From an uncultured Planctomycetia bacterium (GTDB taxonomy: Bacteria; Omnitrophota; Gorgyraeia; JABMRN01; RBG-13-46-9), in assembly GCA_964649665.1 (NCBI GenBank), contig CAZYPU010000002.1, positions 5,855 through 69,854 of the forward strand: DNA of 64,000 nt. Reading direction: 5' to 3'. The position numbers and the translations under genes were made by a program. Position 1 is the stretch's first letter. Each line of letters starts with the position of its first letter. Of the stretch, positions 42,659-51,499 are shown piece after piece. Below the pieces are notes generated by a model. The model saw only the letters and a program-made list of their open reading frames with translations, was not told where the DNA came from and ran no database searches.

Positions 42659-43828
42659 ATGGGCATAAAAATAGAACTGTCGAATAAGCTTACGAGCCTG
42701 CCGCCGTATCTTTTTGTGGAAATAGACAGGGCGAAAAAGAAGGCCAGGGAAGAGGGCAGGGACATAATAGACCTTGGGGTGGGCGATCCGGATCGGCCGA
42801 CGCCCAAATTTATTGTCGAAGCGCTCCACAGAGCGAGTCTCAATGCCCAGACGCACCACTACGCCCTTGACAAAGGGCTGCCGGAACTCAGGATCGCGAT
42901 CGCGCGGTGGTACAAGGCGCGATTTAACGTAGATCTGGACCCCGACGGTGAAATACTGCCGCTCATAGGCTCAAAAGAGGGAATATCCCACATGCCGCTC
43001 GCTTTTATCAACTCCGGTGAAATCGGGCTCGTGCCAGATCCGTGCTACCCGCCGTACAATTCAAGCATAATTTTTGCGGGCGGAACGCCTTATAGGCTGC
43101 CCCTTCTTGAGGAGGCATCGTTTCTGCCGAACCTGCGCCACCTGAAGCCGGGCGTTCTAAATAAGGCGAAGATGATGTTTCTGAATTATCCAAATAATCC
43201 CACCGCGGCCGTATGCGATAGGTCTTTTTTCAGGGAAGTCGTGAAATTCGCAGAGAGGCACAATATAGTGGTGTGCCACGACGCCGCCTACAGTGAACTT
43301 TCTTTTGAAGGCCTGAAGATACCCAGCTTTCTCGAGACAGAGGGCGCTAAGGACGTCGGGGTGGAATTTCACTCTTTTTCTAAAATATTTAACATGACAG
43401 GCTGGAGGCTCGGCTTTGCCTGCGGAAATGCGAAAATCATAGGCGCGCTTACAAAAGTTAAATCCAATATCGATTCCGGCGTTTTTAATGCGATTCAAAT
43501 GGCCGGCGTTGAGGCGCTCGGGAGAGTGGATAAGATTACGGCGGACATAAAATCCCTTTATGAAAAGCGCAGGGATGTTTTTGCCGAAGGATTACGCAAG
43601 ATCGGCTGGAATGTCCCGAAGCCTAAGGCGACATTTTACGTGTGGGCCCGGGTTTTCGGAAGATACACGTCCGTAAGCCTCGCGAAGGAACTGCTGGAGA
43701 AAGCCGATGTGGTGATTACCCCCGGCAACGGGTTCGGCGCAAGCGGCGAGGGTTATGTGAGGATGGCCCTAACTGTCGATGAAGCGCGCCTGAAGGAAGC
43801 CGCCGCGAGGATCGGAAAAGTCATATAA
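42659..43828 (+). CDS. dapL: LL-diaminopimelate aminotransferase (class I aminotransferase)
   Basis: LPPYLF...IDLGVGDPD N-terminus, NNPT, and SFSKIFNMTGWRLG (PLP Lys). The call leans on dap operon context. Confidence 0.7.
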   Translation: MGIKIELSNKLTSLPPYLFVEIDRAKKKAREEGRDIIDLGVGDPDRPTPKFIVEALHRASLNAQTHHYALDKGLPELRIAIARWYKARFNVDLDPDGEILPLIGSKEGISHMPLAFINSGEIGLVPDPCYPPYNSSIIFAGGTPYRLPLLEEASFLPNLRHLKPGVLNKAKMMFLNYPNNPTAAVCDRSFFREVVKFAERHNIVVCHDAAYSELSFEGLKIPSFLETEGAKDVGVEFHSFSKIFNMTGWRLGFACGNAKIIGALTKVKSNIDSGVFNAIQMAGVEALGRVDKITADIKSLYEKRRDVFAEGLRKIGWNVPKPKATFYVWARVFGRYTSVSLAKELLEKADVVITPGNGFGASGEGYVRMALTVDEARLKEAAARIGKVI

Positions 43829-43842
43829 ATTAAAAACGGAAG

Positions 43843-44325
43843 ATGCAAAATCGGAAAAATCGGACATACATAGCGATAGGCTCGAATTTAGGCGATAGAA
43901 GGGCCAATATCGGCAAAGCGATAAAGCTTGTAAAGTTAATAAATGGAGTGAAGTTAAAACGGACATCCACGATTTACGAGACGGATCCCGTAGGCGGGCC
44001 GCCGCAAAAAAAGTATTTAAACGGCGTTTTCGAAATAGAAACAGCCCTCGATCCCTCCGGGCTTTTAAAGGAACTCCGGAAAATCGAAAAAGAACTCGGC
44101 AGAAAAAGAAAAGTAAAAAACGGCCCGCGGACGATAGATCTTGATATTCTGATCTTCGGAGATGAAAAAATAAACAGGAAAGACTTAAGCGTCCCGCATC
44201 CGAGAATGCATGAAAGGGAATTTGTTTTACGCGGCCTGCGGGAATTACTGCCCCATGCTTATGCGTGGGGAATCTGCAATAAAACGAAGCGCCCCGCACG
44301 CGTAAGCGCGGGGGGGGATGAATGA
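43843..44325 (+). CDS. folK: 2-amino-4-hydroxy-6-hydroxymethyldihydropteridine diphosphokinase
   Basis: YIAIGSNLGD, YETDPVG, RTIDLDIL and PHPRMHEREFVL motifs. Confidence 0.85.
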   Translation: MQNRKNRTYIAIGSNLGDRRANIGKAIKLVKLINGVKLKRTSTIYETDPVGGPPQKKYLNGVFEIETALDPSGLLKELRKIEKELGRKRKVKNGPRTIDLDILIFGDEKINRKDLSVPHPRMHEREFVLRGLRELLPHAYAWGICNKTKRPARVSAGGDE

Positions 44326-45200
44326 AAGTAATCGCCGATATAGATAAGATGAGGACCTACGCCAAAATCATGAAAAAGGAAAATAAGCTTGTCGGCTTTG
44401 TTCCCACCATGGGGTATCTGCATGAGGGGCATTTAAGCATTATAAGATCCGCGCGCAAGCAATCCGACGTTGTTATATTGAGCATATTCGTTAATCCCAT
44501 CCAATTCGCGCCGGACGAGGATTTCAGAAAATACCCGCGTGACATAAAAAGGGACGAGGAGCTCGTGAAATCCTGCGGGGCGGACGTCCTGTTTTACCCG
44601 AAGAAAGAAAGTATGTACCCGGGCGGTTTTTCGACATATGTGAACGTGGAAAAGCTGACCGAGCGGCTCTGCGGTAAATCGAGGCCCGGTCACTTCAGGG
44701 GTGTTACGACCGTTGTAGCGAAACTTTTTGAAATTATCAGGCCCGACATAGCGTATTTCGGCCAGAAGGACGCCCAGCAGGCGCTTGTTATCAGCAAGAT
44801 GGTTGAGGACCTGAATATGGATGTAGCGGTAAAAATATTGCCCATAATACGGGACAAGGACGGTGTCGCGGTCAGCTCCAGAAATACCTATCTTTCGAAA
44901 TCGGAAAGGAAGGATGCGCTCGTCCTGCATAGATCGCTTGAAGCCGCGCACGAGGCGTTTGATTCCGGAGAAAGGGACGCTAAAAAAATCGTAAAAAGAA
45001 TGCGCGAGATAATTTCCGCTGTGCCCTCGGCAAAATTAGACTACATCTCGATAGCCGATGTGAAATCCCTTAAAGAAACCCCCAGCATCACAGGCGAGGT
45101 CCTGGTGGCGCTGGCTGTTTTTATAGGAAAAGTACGGCTGATAGATAATGTGATTCTGGATACGGAGAAGCCGGAGAAAATACATGCGGGACAAAAGTAA
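44322..45200 (+). CDS. panC: pantoate--beta-alanine ligase
   Basis: PTMGYLHEGHLSI, FVNPIQF and FGQKDAQQ motifs. Confidence 0.9.
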   Translation: MKVIADIDKMRTYAKIMKKENKLVGFVPTMGYLHEGHLSIIRSARKQSDVVILSIFVNPIQFAPDEDFRKYPRDIKRDEELVKSCGADVLFYPKKESMYPGGFSTYVNVEKLTERLCGKSRPGHFRGVTTVVAKLFEIIRPDIAYFGQKDAQQALVISKMVEDLNMDVAVKILPIIRDKDGVAVSSRNTYLSKSERKDALVLHRSLEAAHEAFDSGERDAKKIVKRMREIISAVPSAKLDYISIADVKSLKETPSITGEVLVALAVFIGKVRLIDNVILDTEKPEKIHAGQK

Positions 45201-46152
45201 CCCTAACGTCGATACGTTATACAAAGAAGAGCTCAGGCGAAATATAAAAAAGCTCAAAAAAGAAAAAAACGCTATCGTGTTGGCCCATAATTATCAGCGC
45301 GACGAAATACAGGAAATAGCGGATTTCTCCGGCGATTCGCTGGAACTGGCACGGGCCGCCGTCAACACAAAAGAGGATATCATAGTATTTTGCGGCGTGC
45401 ATTTTATGGCGGAGAGCGCCGCGATCCTGAACCCGGGGAAAAAAGTGCTTCTGCCCGCCAAGGAAGCCGGCTGCCCCCTGGCGGACATGATTACCGTCCG
45501 GAAGCTCTGCGAGAAGAAAAAAGAATTCCCCGATGCCGCGGTGGTATGCTATGTTAACTCCAGCGCTGAAATCAAAGCCGAAAGCGATATAAGCTGCACA
45601 TCTTCCAACGCGATAGAAATTGCCCGGTCCGTAAAAAACAAGCGCGTTATTTTCGTCCCGGACAAAAACCTCGGCAGGTACGTAAAAACACAGGTGCCGG
45701 AGAAAGATATAATTCTCTGGGAGGGATTTTGCTCCACGCATATACGGCTGACGGAAGAGGATGTCGTAAAGGCAAAGCATAATTTTTCGAAAGCCAAGTT
45801 TATTGCGCACCCCGAATGCAGGCCCGAGGTGCTCGCGTTGGCCGACCACATTTGCTCGACAAGGGGGATGCTGGATTACGCAAAGACTTCTAAGGCGAAA
45901 GAATTTATTATCGGCACCGAAAGCGGCATGCTCTACCGGCTAAGGGAAGAAAACCCGGATAAGCAATTTCACATCCCTACAACTCACCTTATATGCGCGA
46001 ACATGAAACTAACGACATTGGGGTGGGTGGCGCATTCGCTGGAAAACATGGTCTATGAGGTAAAGGTTCCTGAGCGCGTAATGGAAAAAGCCCGTCAGAC
46101 ACTGGAGAGGATGCTCAGCGTAACGGGAAAAACAGTGCCTCAGGTGAAATAA
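45184..46152 (+). CDS. nadA: quinolinate synthase
   Basis: LAHNYQRDEIQEIADFSGDSLEL, VHFMAE and CSTH motifs. Confidence 0.9.
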   Translation: MRDKSNPNVDTLYKEELRRNIKKLKKEKNAIVLAHNYQRDEIQEIADFSGDSLELARAAVNTKEDIIVFCGVHFMAESAAILNPGKKVLLPAKEAGCPLADMITVRKLCEKKKEFPDAAVVCYVNSSAEIKAESDISCTSSNAIEIARSVKNKRVIFVPDKNLGRYVKTQVPEKDIILWEGFCSTHIRLTEEDVVKAKHNFSKAKFIAHPECRPEVLALADHICSTRGMLDYAKTSKAKEFIIGTESGMLYRLREENPDKQFHIPTTHLICANMKLTTLGWVAHSLENMVYEVKVPERVMEKARQTLERMLSVTGKTVPQVK

Positions 46153-46153
46153 T

Positions 46154-46966
46154 ATGAAAAAACTTAAACTTGGGATCATAGGCTGCGGCACCATAGGGGC
46201 CGCCATAGCCGAGGCGTGCCTTACGAAGCTGAAAGATAAAGTTGAGCTCGCGGCGTTATACGATATTGATGAGCGCAAAGTAGATGAGATTTCGCGACTG
46301 ACGGGCAGTGATATAAAAAAGGATTCAATGGAGGCGGTTTTTAATAAAGCGGATCTTGTGATAGAAGCCGCCGCAAGCAGTGTCTCGCGGGATGTAGTAA
46401 AGAAAGCCGTAGAAAAATCGAAAGACGTCATGGTGATGAGCGTCGGAGGGCTTGTTGAATCCGAAACCCTTCTGGAAGAGGCGAGAGGAAAAAACGTGAA
46501 GGTTTATTTTCCGAGCGGCGCGATATGCGGAATAGACGGCCTGAAGGCCGCCGGCCTCGACGGGATAAAATCGGTGCGCCTGACTACGAAAAAACCGCCG
46601 AAAAGCCTGGAAGGCGCCCCTTATGTTAAATTAAAGGGAATTGATTTGAATTCCATAAACGGCGAAGAGGTTTTATTTGAGGGCAATGCCCGGGAGGCGA
46701 TAAAGGGCTTTCCCAAGAATGTTAATGTCTCGTCGGTTTTAAGCCTGGCCGGCATCGGCGCGAAAAAGACGGTTGTAAGGATTATCGTTTCGCCGGAGTA
46801 CACGAAGAATACGCACGAGGTGGAAATAGCGGGCGATTTTGGCAGAATTATGACGAAAACAGAGAACGTTCCCTCAAAGAAAAATCCGAAGACGAGCGAA
46901 CTCGCGATTCTTTCGGCTGTCGCGACCTTAAAAGGTATAGTCGATAGCGTGAGGATCGGGACCTAA
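46154..46966 (+). CDS. nadX: L-aspartate dehydrogenase
   Basis: LGIIGCGTIG Rossmann motif and the NTHEVEIAGDFG region typical of Thermotoga-type NadX. Adjacent to nadA. Confidence 0.75.
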   Translation: MKKLKLGIIGCGTIGAAIAEACLTKLKDKVELAALYDIDERKVDEISRLTGSDIKKDSMEAVFNKADLVIEAAASSVSRDVVKKAVEKSKDVMVMSVGGLVESETLLEEARGKNVKVYFPSGAICGIDGLKAAGLDGIKSVRLTTKKPPKSLEGAPYVKLKGIDLNSINGEEVLFEGNAREAIKGFPKNVNVSSVLSLAGIGAKKTVVRIIVSPEYTKNTHEVEIAGDFGRIMTKTENVPSKKNPKTSELAILSAVATLKGIVDSVRIGT

Positions 46967-46993
46967 TGTTTGAAATGAAAGGGGGTGAAATAA

Positions 46994-47239
46994 ATGGCGA
47001 AAGTGTTATGCAAATGCGGCATAAAGAGGAAGAAAGGCTACCTCTATTTTGTCGGTAAGAACGGCTGCGCTTATGAGACAAAAATGGCGCGCGGCAAAAA
47101 AAAGGGCGGCGGAAGGAAAATGATACACAACTGTCGCGTAAAGAAGCAGAAAGGCTATCTTTATTTTATCGATAAGAAAGGCAACGTCTCCTGCGCAAAA
47201 ATGCAGTGCGGCGGCAAAAAGAAGAGAAGAAAGAGATAG
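46994..47239 (+). CDS. small, very basic Cys-containing protein with an internal tandem duplication
   Basis: Two about 39-aa repeats each contain K-KGYLYF(V/I)xKxG ... (A/C)KM..GGKKK. GGGGGTGA SD-like run upstream. Confidence 0.5.
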   Translation: MAKVLCKCGIKRKKGYLYFVGKNGCAYETKMARGKKKGGGRKMIHNCRVKKQKGYLYFIDKKGNVSCAKMQCGGKKKRRKR

Positions 47240-47277
47240 GCTTATTAACAGCAGCCAGTCCCGAATGGAGGGGCTCC

Positions 47278-48084
47278 ATGAAGATCCTTTATTCAGGACT
47301 GGCTGCTTCCTCCGTAATGAAACTCGATAAAGAAAATTTTCTCGTTCAGGTGAAGTATTCTGACCTTGCCTCGGATGCCGATATGGGAAGGTATTTCCCG
47401 GGATTCGGGGGAGAGCTCTACCTCAATGCCGCGGAGATCAGTAATTACGATCCCGCGCTTATCAAGGGCATAAAGGCCTTCGTTAAAAGAAACCGCTTTC
47501 CGCTCAGGCTCCACGCCCCCATTACCGATATAGATTATTCCCGTATTCATCCCGCCATATCCGGGATGCAGTCTTTGTATAACAGGGTGTTTAAACTCTG
47601 CAGATGCCTGGATATACATTCTGTCGTCGCTCATGCGGAATTTCCGGTAAAGAAGCAGTTCAAAAATGCTGTCTCGCTATGGCGCGTAATAAGCGCGGGC
47701 TTAAGCGTTCATGATATAGGCTTGAATATAGAGAATCACTGCGAGGCCGAGCCTGATTCTCTGATAGGGCTCATGAAGGAAGTCGACTCGCCTTATTTCG
47801 GAATGTGCGTTGACATAGGCCATTCTAATGCGTTTGGCAAAACGGGGATGGAGGCATGGCTTGAGAAATACCCGGCCGGTTCCATCAGGGAAGCGCATTT
47901 AGCCGATAACGCCGGTGACGATGACACCCACCTTCCGCTGGGGAAGGGCAATATAGATTTTGAGGCCTTTTTCAGGGCGCTCGAGGCAAGGGGGGACGCC
48001 TGCACTTTTGTGCTGGAGCCGAGGGATGTCGGCGAAACAGAGAAGAGCCTGTCATTTCTCAGAAAGGCGGGCTTGCTTGAGTAA
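47278..48084 (+). CDS. xylose-isomerase-like TIM-barrel protein (AP_endonuc_2 fold; sugar-phosphate isomerase/epimerase family)
   Basis: IENH, VDIGHSN and AHLADNAGDDDTHLPLGKGNIDF metal-site motifs. I preferred the ATG at 47278 (MKILYSG); the track start at 47206 overlaps the upstream gene. Confidence 0.65.
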   Translation: MKILYSGLAASSVMKLDKENFLVQVKYSDLASDADMGRYFPGFGGELYLNAAEISNYDPALIKGIKAFVKRNRFPLRLHAPITDIDYSRIHPAISGMQSLYNRVFKLCRCLDIHSVVAHAEFPVKKQFKNAVSLWRVISAGLSVHDIGLNIENHCEAEPDSLIGLMKEVDSPYFGMCVDIGHSNAFGKTGMEAWLEKYPAGSIREAHLADNAGDDDTHLPLGKGNIDFEAFFRALEARGDACTFVLEPRDVGETEKSLSFLRKAGLLE

Positions 48085-48724
48085 GGCGCGAACGCTGCTT
48101 GAGATTTACAGCCTCCTTTACGGGCACTTCGGGCCAAGGCACTGGTGGCCGGCCCGGGATCCTTTCGAGGTTATGATAGGGGCAATACTTACGCAGAATA
48201 CGGCGTGGCCGAATGTGGAAAAGGCCATAATTAATCTGAAGAAAAAAAAGCTTCTCTCGCCGCGTAAGATTAAACGCGTAAGCGTAAAAACCCTGCAGAG
48301 AGCCATAAGGCCGTCCGGTTTTTATAAAGAGAAAACGAAAAAGCTCAAAAATTTTGTCCGGTTCCTGAACAAATCCTGCGGCGGAAACATAAACAAACTG
48401 CGCGCTTATGACCGGGAGGCGCTCAGGGAAAAACTTTTGAAAGTAAATGGAATAGGTCCTGAGACGGCCGACAGCATCCTTCTTTATGCGCTCGGCAAGA
48501 GTGTTTTTGTTGTGGATGCCTATACGAAGCGGATATTCGTAAGGCATAAACTGATACCCGACAATGCGACATACGCCCGGATGCAGGAGTTTTTTACGCG
48601 CAATCTTCCGGAGAAAAAAAAGCTCTTTAACGAGTACCATGCCCTGATCGTGGAGACAGGCAAAAATTACTGTAAGAAGAAAAAGCCGCTTTGCAAAATT
48701 TGTCCATTAAGAGTGGTCAAATAG
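48077..48724 (+). CDS. endonuclease III-related HhH-GPD protein with C-terminal Fe-S Cys cluster
   Basis: HWWPARDPFEVMIGAILTQNTAWPNVEKAI, HhH VNGIGPETADSILLY, and C-x6-C-x2-C at the end. Start ambiguous (TTG at 48077 or ATG at 48026). Confidence 0.7.
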   Translation: MSKARTLLEIYSLLYGHFGPRHWWPARDPFEVMIGAILTQNTAWPNVEKAIINLKKKKLLSPRKIKRVSVKTLQRAIRPSGFYKEKTKKLKNFVRFLNKSCGGNINKLRAYDREALREKLLKVNGIGPETADSILLYALGKSVFVVDAYTKRIFVRHKLIPDNATYARMQEFFTRNLPEKKKLFNEYHALIVETGKNYCKKKKPLCKICPLRVVK

Positions 48725-48771
48725 GGTGAAAGTATGATATACTATCCTACGGGTAACAAAGGGGGTGTGCC

Positions 48772-49062
48772 ATGATATTCGGATTATTTAAGAAAAAGAG
48801 AAGCGTGGAGGAATTAGGCGAGCCGATCGGCGAGGTAATCCATTTTTTTCCGCATGTAAAAGCGGGGGTTATCAAACTGAAAAAAGACACGCTATCGGCG
48901 GGGGACACCATTTACATAAAGGGCCACACAACGGATTTTGAGCAAAAAATAAAAAGCATGCAGGTTAACCACACGCCGATAGAAAAGGCCTCAAGGGGCC
49001 AGGAAATCGGCATGAAGGTAAGGTCAAAAGTAAGGCACGGGGATAAGGTATATAAACTGTAA
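48772..49062 (+). CDS. small beta-barrel protein resembling EF-Tu domain 2 (translation-factor-like)
   Basis: VIHFFPHVKAGVIKLKKDTLSAGDTIYIKGHTTDFEQKIKSMQVNHTPIEKASRGQEIGMKV pattern. Assignment by resemblance only. Confidence 0.45.
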   Translation: MIFGLFKKKRSVEELGEPIGEVIHFFPHVKAGVIKLKKDTLSAGDTIYIKGHTTDFEQKIKSMQVNHTPIEKASRGQEIGMKVRSKVRHGDKVYKL

Positions 49063-49097
49063 TTCGTAAGCTTTAAGCTATAAGCAAAATTTTGTGC

Positions 49098-49126
49098 TTG
49101 TCATCGTATCAAGTATGTTATATAAT
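49098..49126 (+). promoter_or_regulatory. sigma70-like promoter (TTGTCA-17-TATAAT) directly abutting the next start codon
   Basis: The -10 ends 8 nt before the ATG at 49135 and there is no SD. Confidence 0.45.
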
Positions 49127-49134
49127 CTGGCAAT

Positions 49135-49398
49135 ATGAAAAATCGAGTTTTCAAAAAAGTCCTTCTGGGGCTTGGCTTTGACAGTAAGGACGGGCACGTG
49201 CGTATAACAAAAGGCGGCAACTTCCGTATTTACGGCGGTTCAAAAAAAACCCACGAGCTCATGCAGGAAAAAGCGGTAAAGTTCAACGAGCAGCTCGAAA
49301 AAAAGCACAAGACGCTCCAGGGCCTGAGCAGGAGAGAATTTTACGATATCGCCAAAAAAATCGGACTCCAGGTGCCCGAAAAATTCGAAGAAAAATAA
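49135..49398 (+). CDS. hypothetical small protein
   Basis: 87-aa ORF with its own promoter. No recognisable motif. Confidence 0.45.
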   Translation: MKNRVFKKVLLGLGFDSKDGHVRITKGGNFRIYGGSKKTHELMQEKAVKFNEQLEKKHKTLQGLSRREFYDIAKKIGLQVPEKFEEK

Positions 49399-49473
49399 TC
49401 CCCTCTGTTCCCCCGCCATGAAAGATATGAAAGTATCCTTAATTGTTGTAAAAGCGTTAAAGGAGGTGAAATA

Positions 49474-49656
49474 ATGGCAAAGATTACAATCGATAAAAGC
49501 CTTTGCACCGGTTGCGGGCTCTGCTCTTCATTGTGTCCGGAGGTCTTTGAAATCGCGAATGACAATATCGCGAAAGTTAAAGGCGATTCGTGCGGAGATC
49601 ATGATATAAACGAGATTGCTTCACAGTGCCCGGTTGAAGCGATAAAAGTGGGATAG
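49474..49656 (+). CDS. small 4Fe-4S ferredoxin
   Basis: CTGCGLCSSLCP...CP pattern. 60 aa. AAGGAGGTGA lies 5 nt upstream. Confidence 0.8.
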   Translation: MAKITIDKSLCTGCGLCSSLCPEVFEIANDNIAKVKGDSCGDHDINEIASQCPVEAIKVG

Positions 49657-49657
49657 G

Positions 49658-50434
49658 ATGCAAACCGTTCAGTTTAGAAAAGCCGCTGTAGGCGCCGTGC
49701 TTAAGGCCGGCAGATATATCAAGAAGAATATCGGCAGGGTAAAGCAGGTGCGCTATAAGAGCGAAATCAACATTGTAACCGAGGTTGACAGGAAATCGGA
49801 AGATATAATCGTCGGCGCGATAGGCAAATCCTTTCCGCGCCACGATTTTCTTGGCGAAGAGGGAGGGCATAAAGGGAAAAAGTCGGACTTCAAGTGGATT
49901 ATCGACCCGTTGGACGGCACGACGAATTTCCTGCATACCTTTCCGTTTTTCTGCGTATCCATAGCCCTGGCGCACAAGGGCGATATCCTACTCGGCGTCG
50001 TATACGATCCTACCAGGGACGAACTTTTTTACGCGGAAAAGGAGAAAGGCGCGTTTCTGGACGGGAAACGTATACGGGTGTCTAAAATAAGGGATATCGA
50101 TAAAGCCATCGTGGCCACGGGGTTCGCTTACAACGTGAGGAAATCCGGAAAGACAAACATTCGCAATTTCACCAGACTCCTTAAGACCGCTCAGGCGGTA
50201 AGAAGGGCCGGCTCGGCGGCGCTTGATTTGTGCTATGTTGCCTGCGGGCGTTTTGACGGTTTCTGGGAGTATTACCTTCACGCCTGGGATACAGCGGCGG
50301 CCGCAAGAATAATCGAAGAAGCCGGCGGGAAAATTACAAAGTTAGACGGAGAAAAATTTAGTATTTACGACAAAGAAATGCTCGCCTCAAATTCCAAAAT
50401 TCACGCCCAAATGATTCGGGCCCTGTCGGGTTAG
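49658..50434 (+). CDS. suhB: inositol monophosphatase family protein
   Basis: FLGEE, WIIDPLDGTTNF and WDTAAA motifs. Confidence 0.85.
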   Translation: MQTVQFRKAAVGAVLKAGRYIKKNIGRVKQVRYKSEINIVTEVDRKSEDIIVGAIGKSFPRHDFLGEEGGHKGKKSDFKWIIDPLDGTTNFLHTFPFFCVSIALAHKGDILLGVVYDPTRDELFYAEKEKGAFLDGKRIRVSKIRDIDKAIVATGFAYNVRKSGKTNIRNFTRLLKTAQAVRRAGSAALDLCYVACGRFDGFWEYYLHAWDTAAAARIIEEAGGKITKLDGEKFSIYDKEMLASNSKIHAQMIRALSG

Positions 50435-50459
50435 TAATCAAAAAAGGTAGATAATCTGC

Positions 50460-50488
50460 TTGACAGCCATCCTTTTTCTTGTTATAAT
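50460..50488 (+). promoter_or_regulatory. consensus sigma70 promoter (TTGACA-17-TATAAT)
   Basis: Exact consensus hexamers, 21 nt upstream of the ATG at 50510, with AAGGGAG between. Confidence 0.55.
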
Positions 50489-50509
50489 TAAGCAACAAGA
50501 AAGGGAGAT

Positions 50510-50866
50510 ATGAAATACCGGACAGTTATCGAGATTATCACCGAAGCCAAAGACAAACATGAGGCGATGGACATAGCGGGTGAGTACCTGAACGGCGGCA
50601 TTGAAACCGGCGTGCGTATGAAATGCCGCACAGCGCTGTTTAGGCCATATATTTTGCTGCGCGCCGGATTTTTTTTCACCCTGGCGTGCGCATTACTCGG
50701 AACGGTATCTTTAAGGTATTTTAAGAATAGCGCCGGCGTATTCCGGGGTGCAAGCAATACAAGCGCCATCCAGCCGCCTTTGAAGACCTCGGAGGAAGCG
50801 GCGTTCAAGGGCAAGTGGCAGGAAGAAGGGACCAGGAAGGCCCTCGAGTATATAAAAAGCGAATAA
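50510..50866 (+). CDS. hypothetical protein with one TM segment
   Basis: ORF with promoter and SD. Central hydrophobic stretch (ILLRAGFFFTLACALLGTVSL). Confidence 0.45.
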   Translation: MKYRTVIEIITEAKDKHEAMDIAGEYLNGGIETGVRMKCRTALFRPYILLRAGFFFTLACALLGTVSLRYFKNSAGVFRGASNTSAIQPPLKTSEEAAFKGKWQEEGTRKALEYIKSE

Positions 50867-50977
50867 AAAATAAAGTTAACCCATTCCGCTCTTTCTACTT
50901 CGGAGAAATTCTTCGCAGTAAGAAATGGCGGATTTTTTATTGCAATATACGCGATTAGTGCTATAATAAATGAGCAC

Positions 50978-51058
50978 ATAACTTATGTCAGCCGTAGGCT
51001 GACATAAGTTATAGGTGCGAATTTACCCTTGACATTTTTTAGAAAAAATGTCAAGGGT
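50978..51058. repeat. two adjacent perfect 16-bp-arm palindromes
   Basis: ATAACTTATGTCAGCC-gta-GGCTGACATAAGTTAT (50978-51012) and ACCCTTGACATTTTTT-ag-AAAAAATGTCAAGGGT (51025-51058). Confidence 0.7.
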
Positions 51059-51108
51059 CCAATTCGATCGTTCAGAGTAGAAATCCAGGTCTCATCGGAG
51101 GTGGAATT

Positions 51109-51483
51109 ATGGGAGCGATTTTGAAAATATTCCTTAATTTTTTTGGAATCATATGGATTGCCTTTGGCACGCTTATGATATTTGTGCCGGACATGGTAAA
51201 GAAAAACGTGTTTTTAAAATTGAAGGATGCCCCTTTTAAAAAACTGAGCGCGATTCCGCTGGTGATCGGCGTTCTATTCCTTCTCTCGGCTTCTTACTGC
51301 CGTTACAGGCTTTTTGTAATAGCGCTGGGAATGCTTGCGCTTCTTAAGGGTATAGCCCTCATTGTCTTTACGAAAAAAATGGAAAAACTTACCAACCGGC
51401 TTATCAAGGCAAACAATAACAGTTACAGGGCGCTCGGCGTCCTATATATCATAATCGGGGCTATCGTACTAAAGGGAATTTAG
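51109..51483 (+). CDS. hypothetical membrane protein (about 4 TM)
   Basis: Hydrophobic throughout. GGAGGTGG SD 6 nt upstream. Confidence 0.5.
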   Translation: MGAILKIFLNFFGIIWIAFGTLMIFVPDMVKKNVFLKLKDAPFKKLSAIPLVIGVLFLLSASYCRYRLFVIALGMLALLKGIALIVFTKKMEKLTNRLIKANNNSYRALGVLYIIIGAIVLKGI

Positions 51484-51499
51484 CCGGTATCCGGTATTA

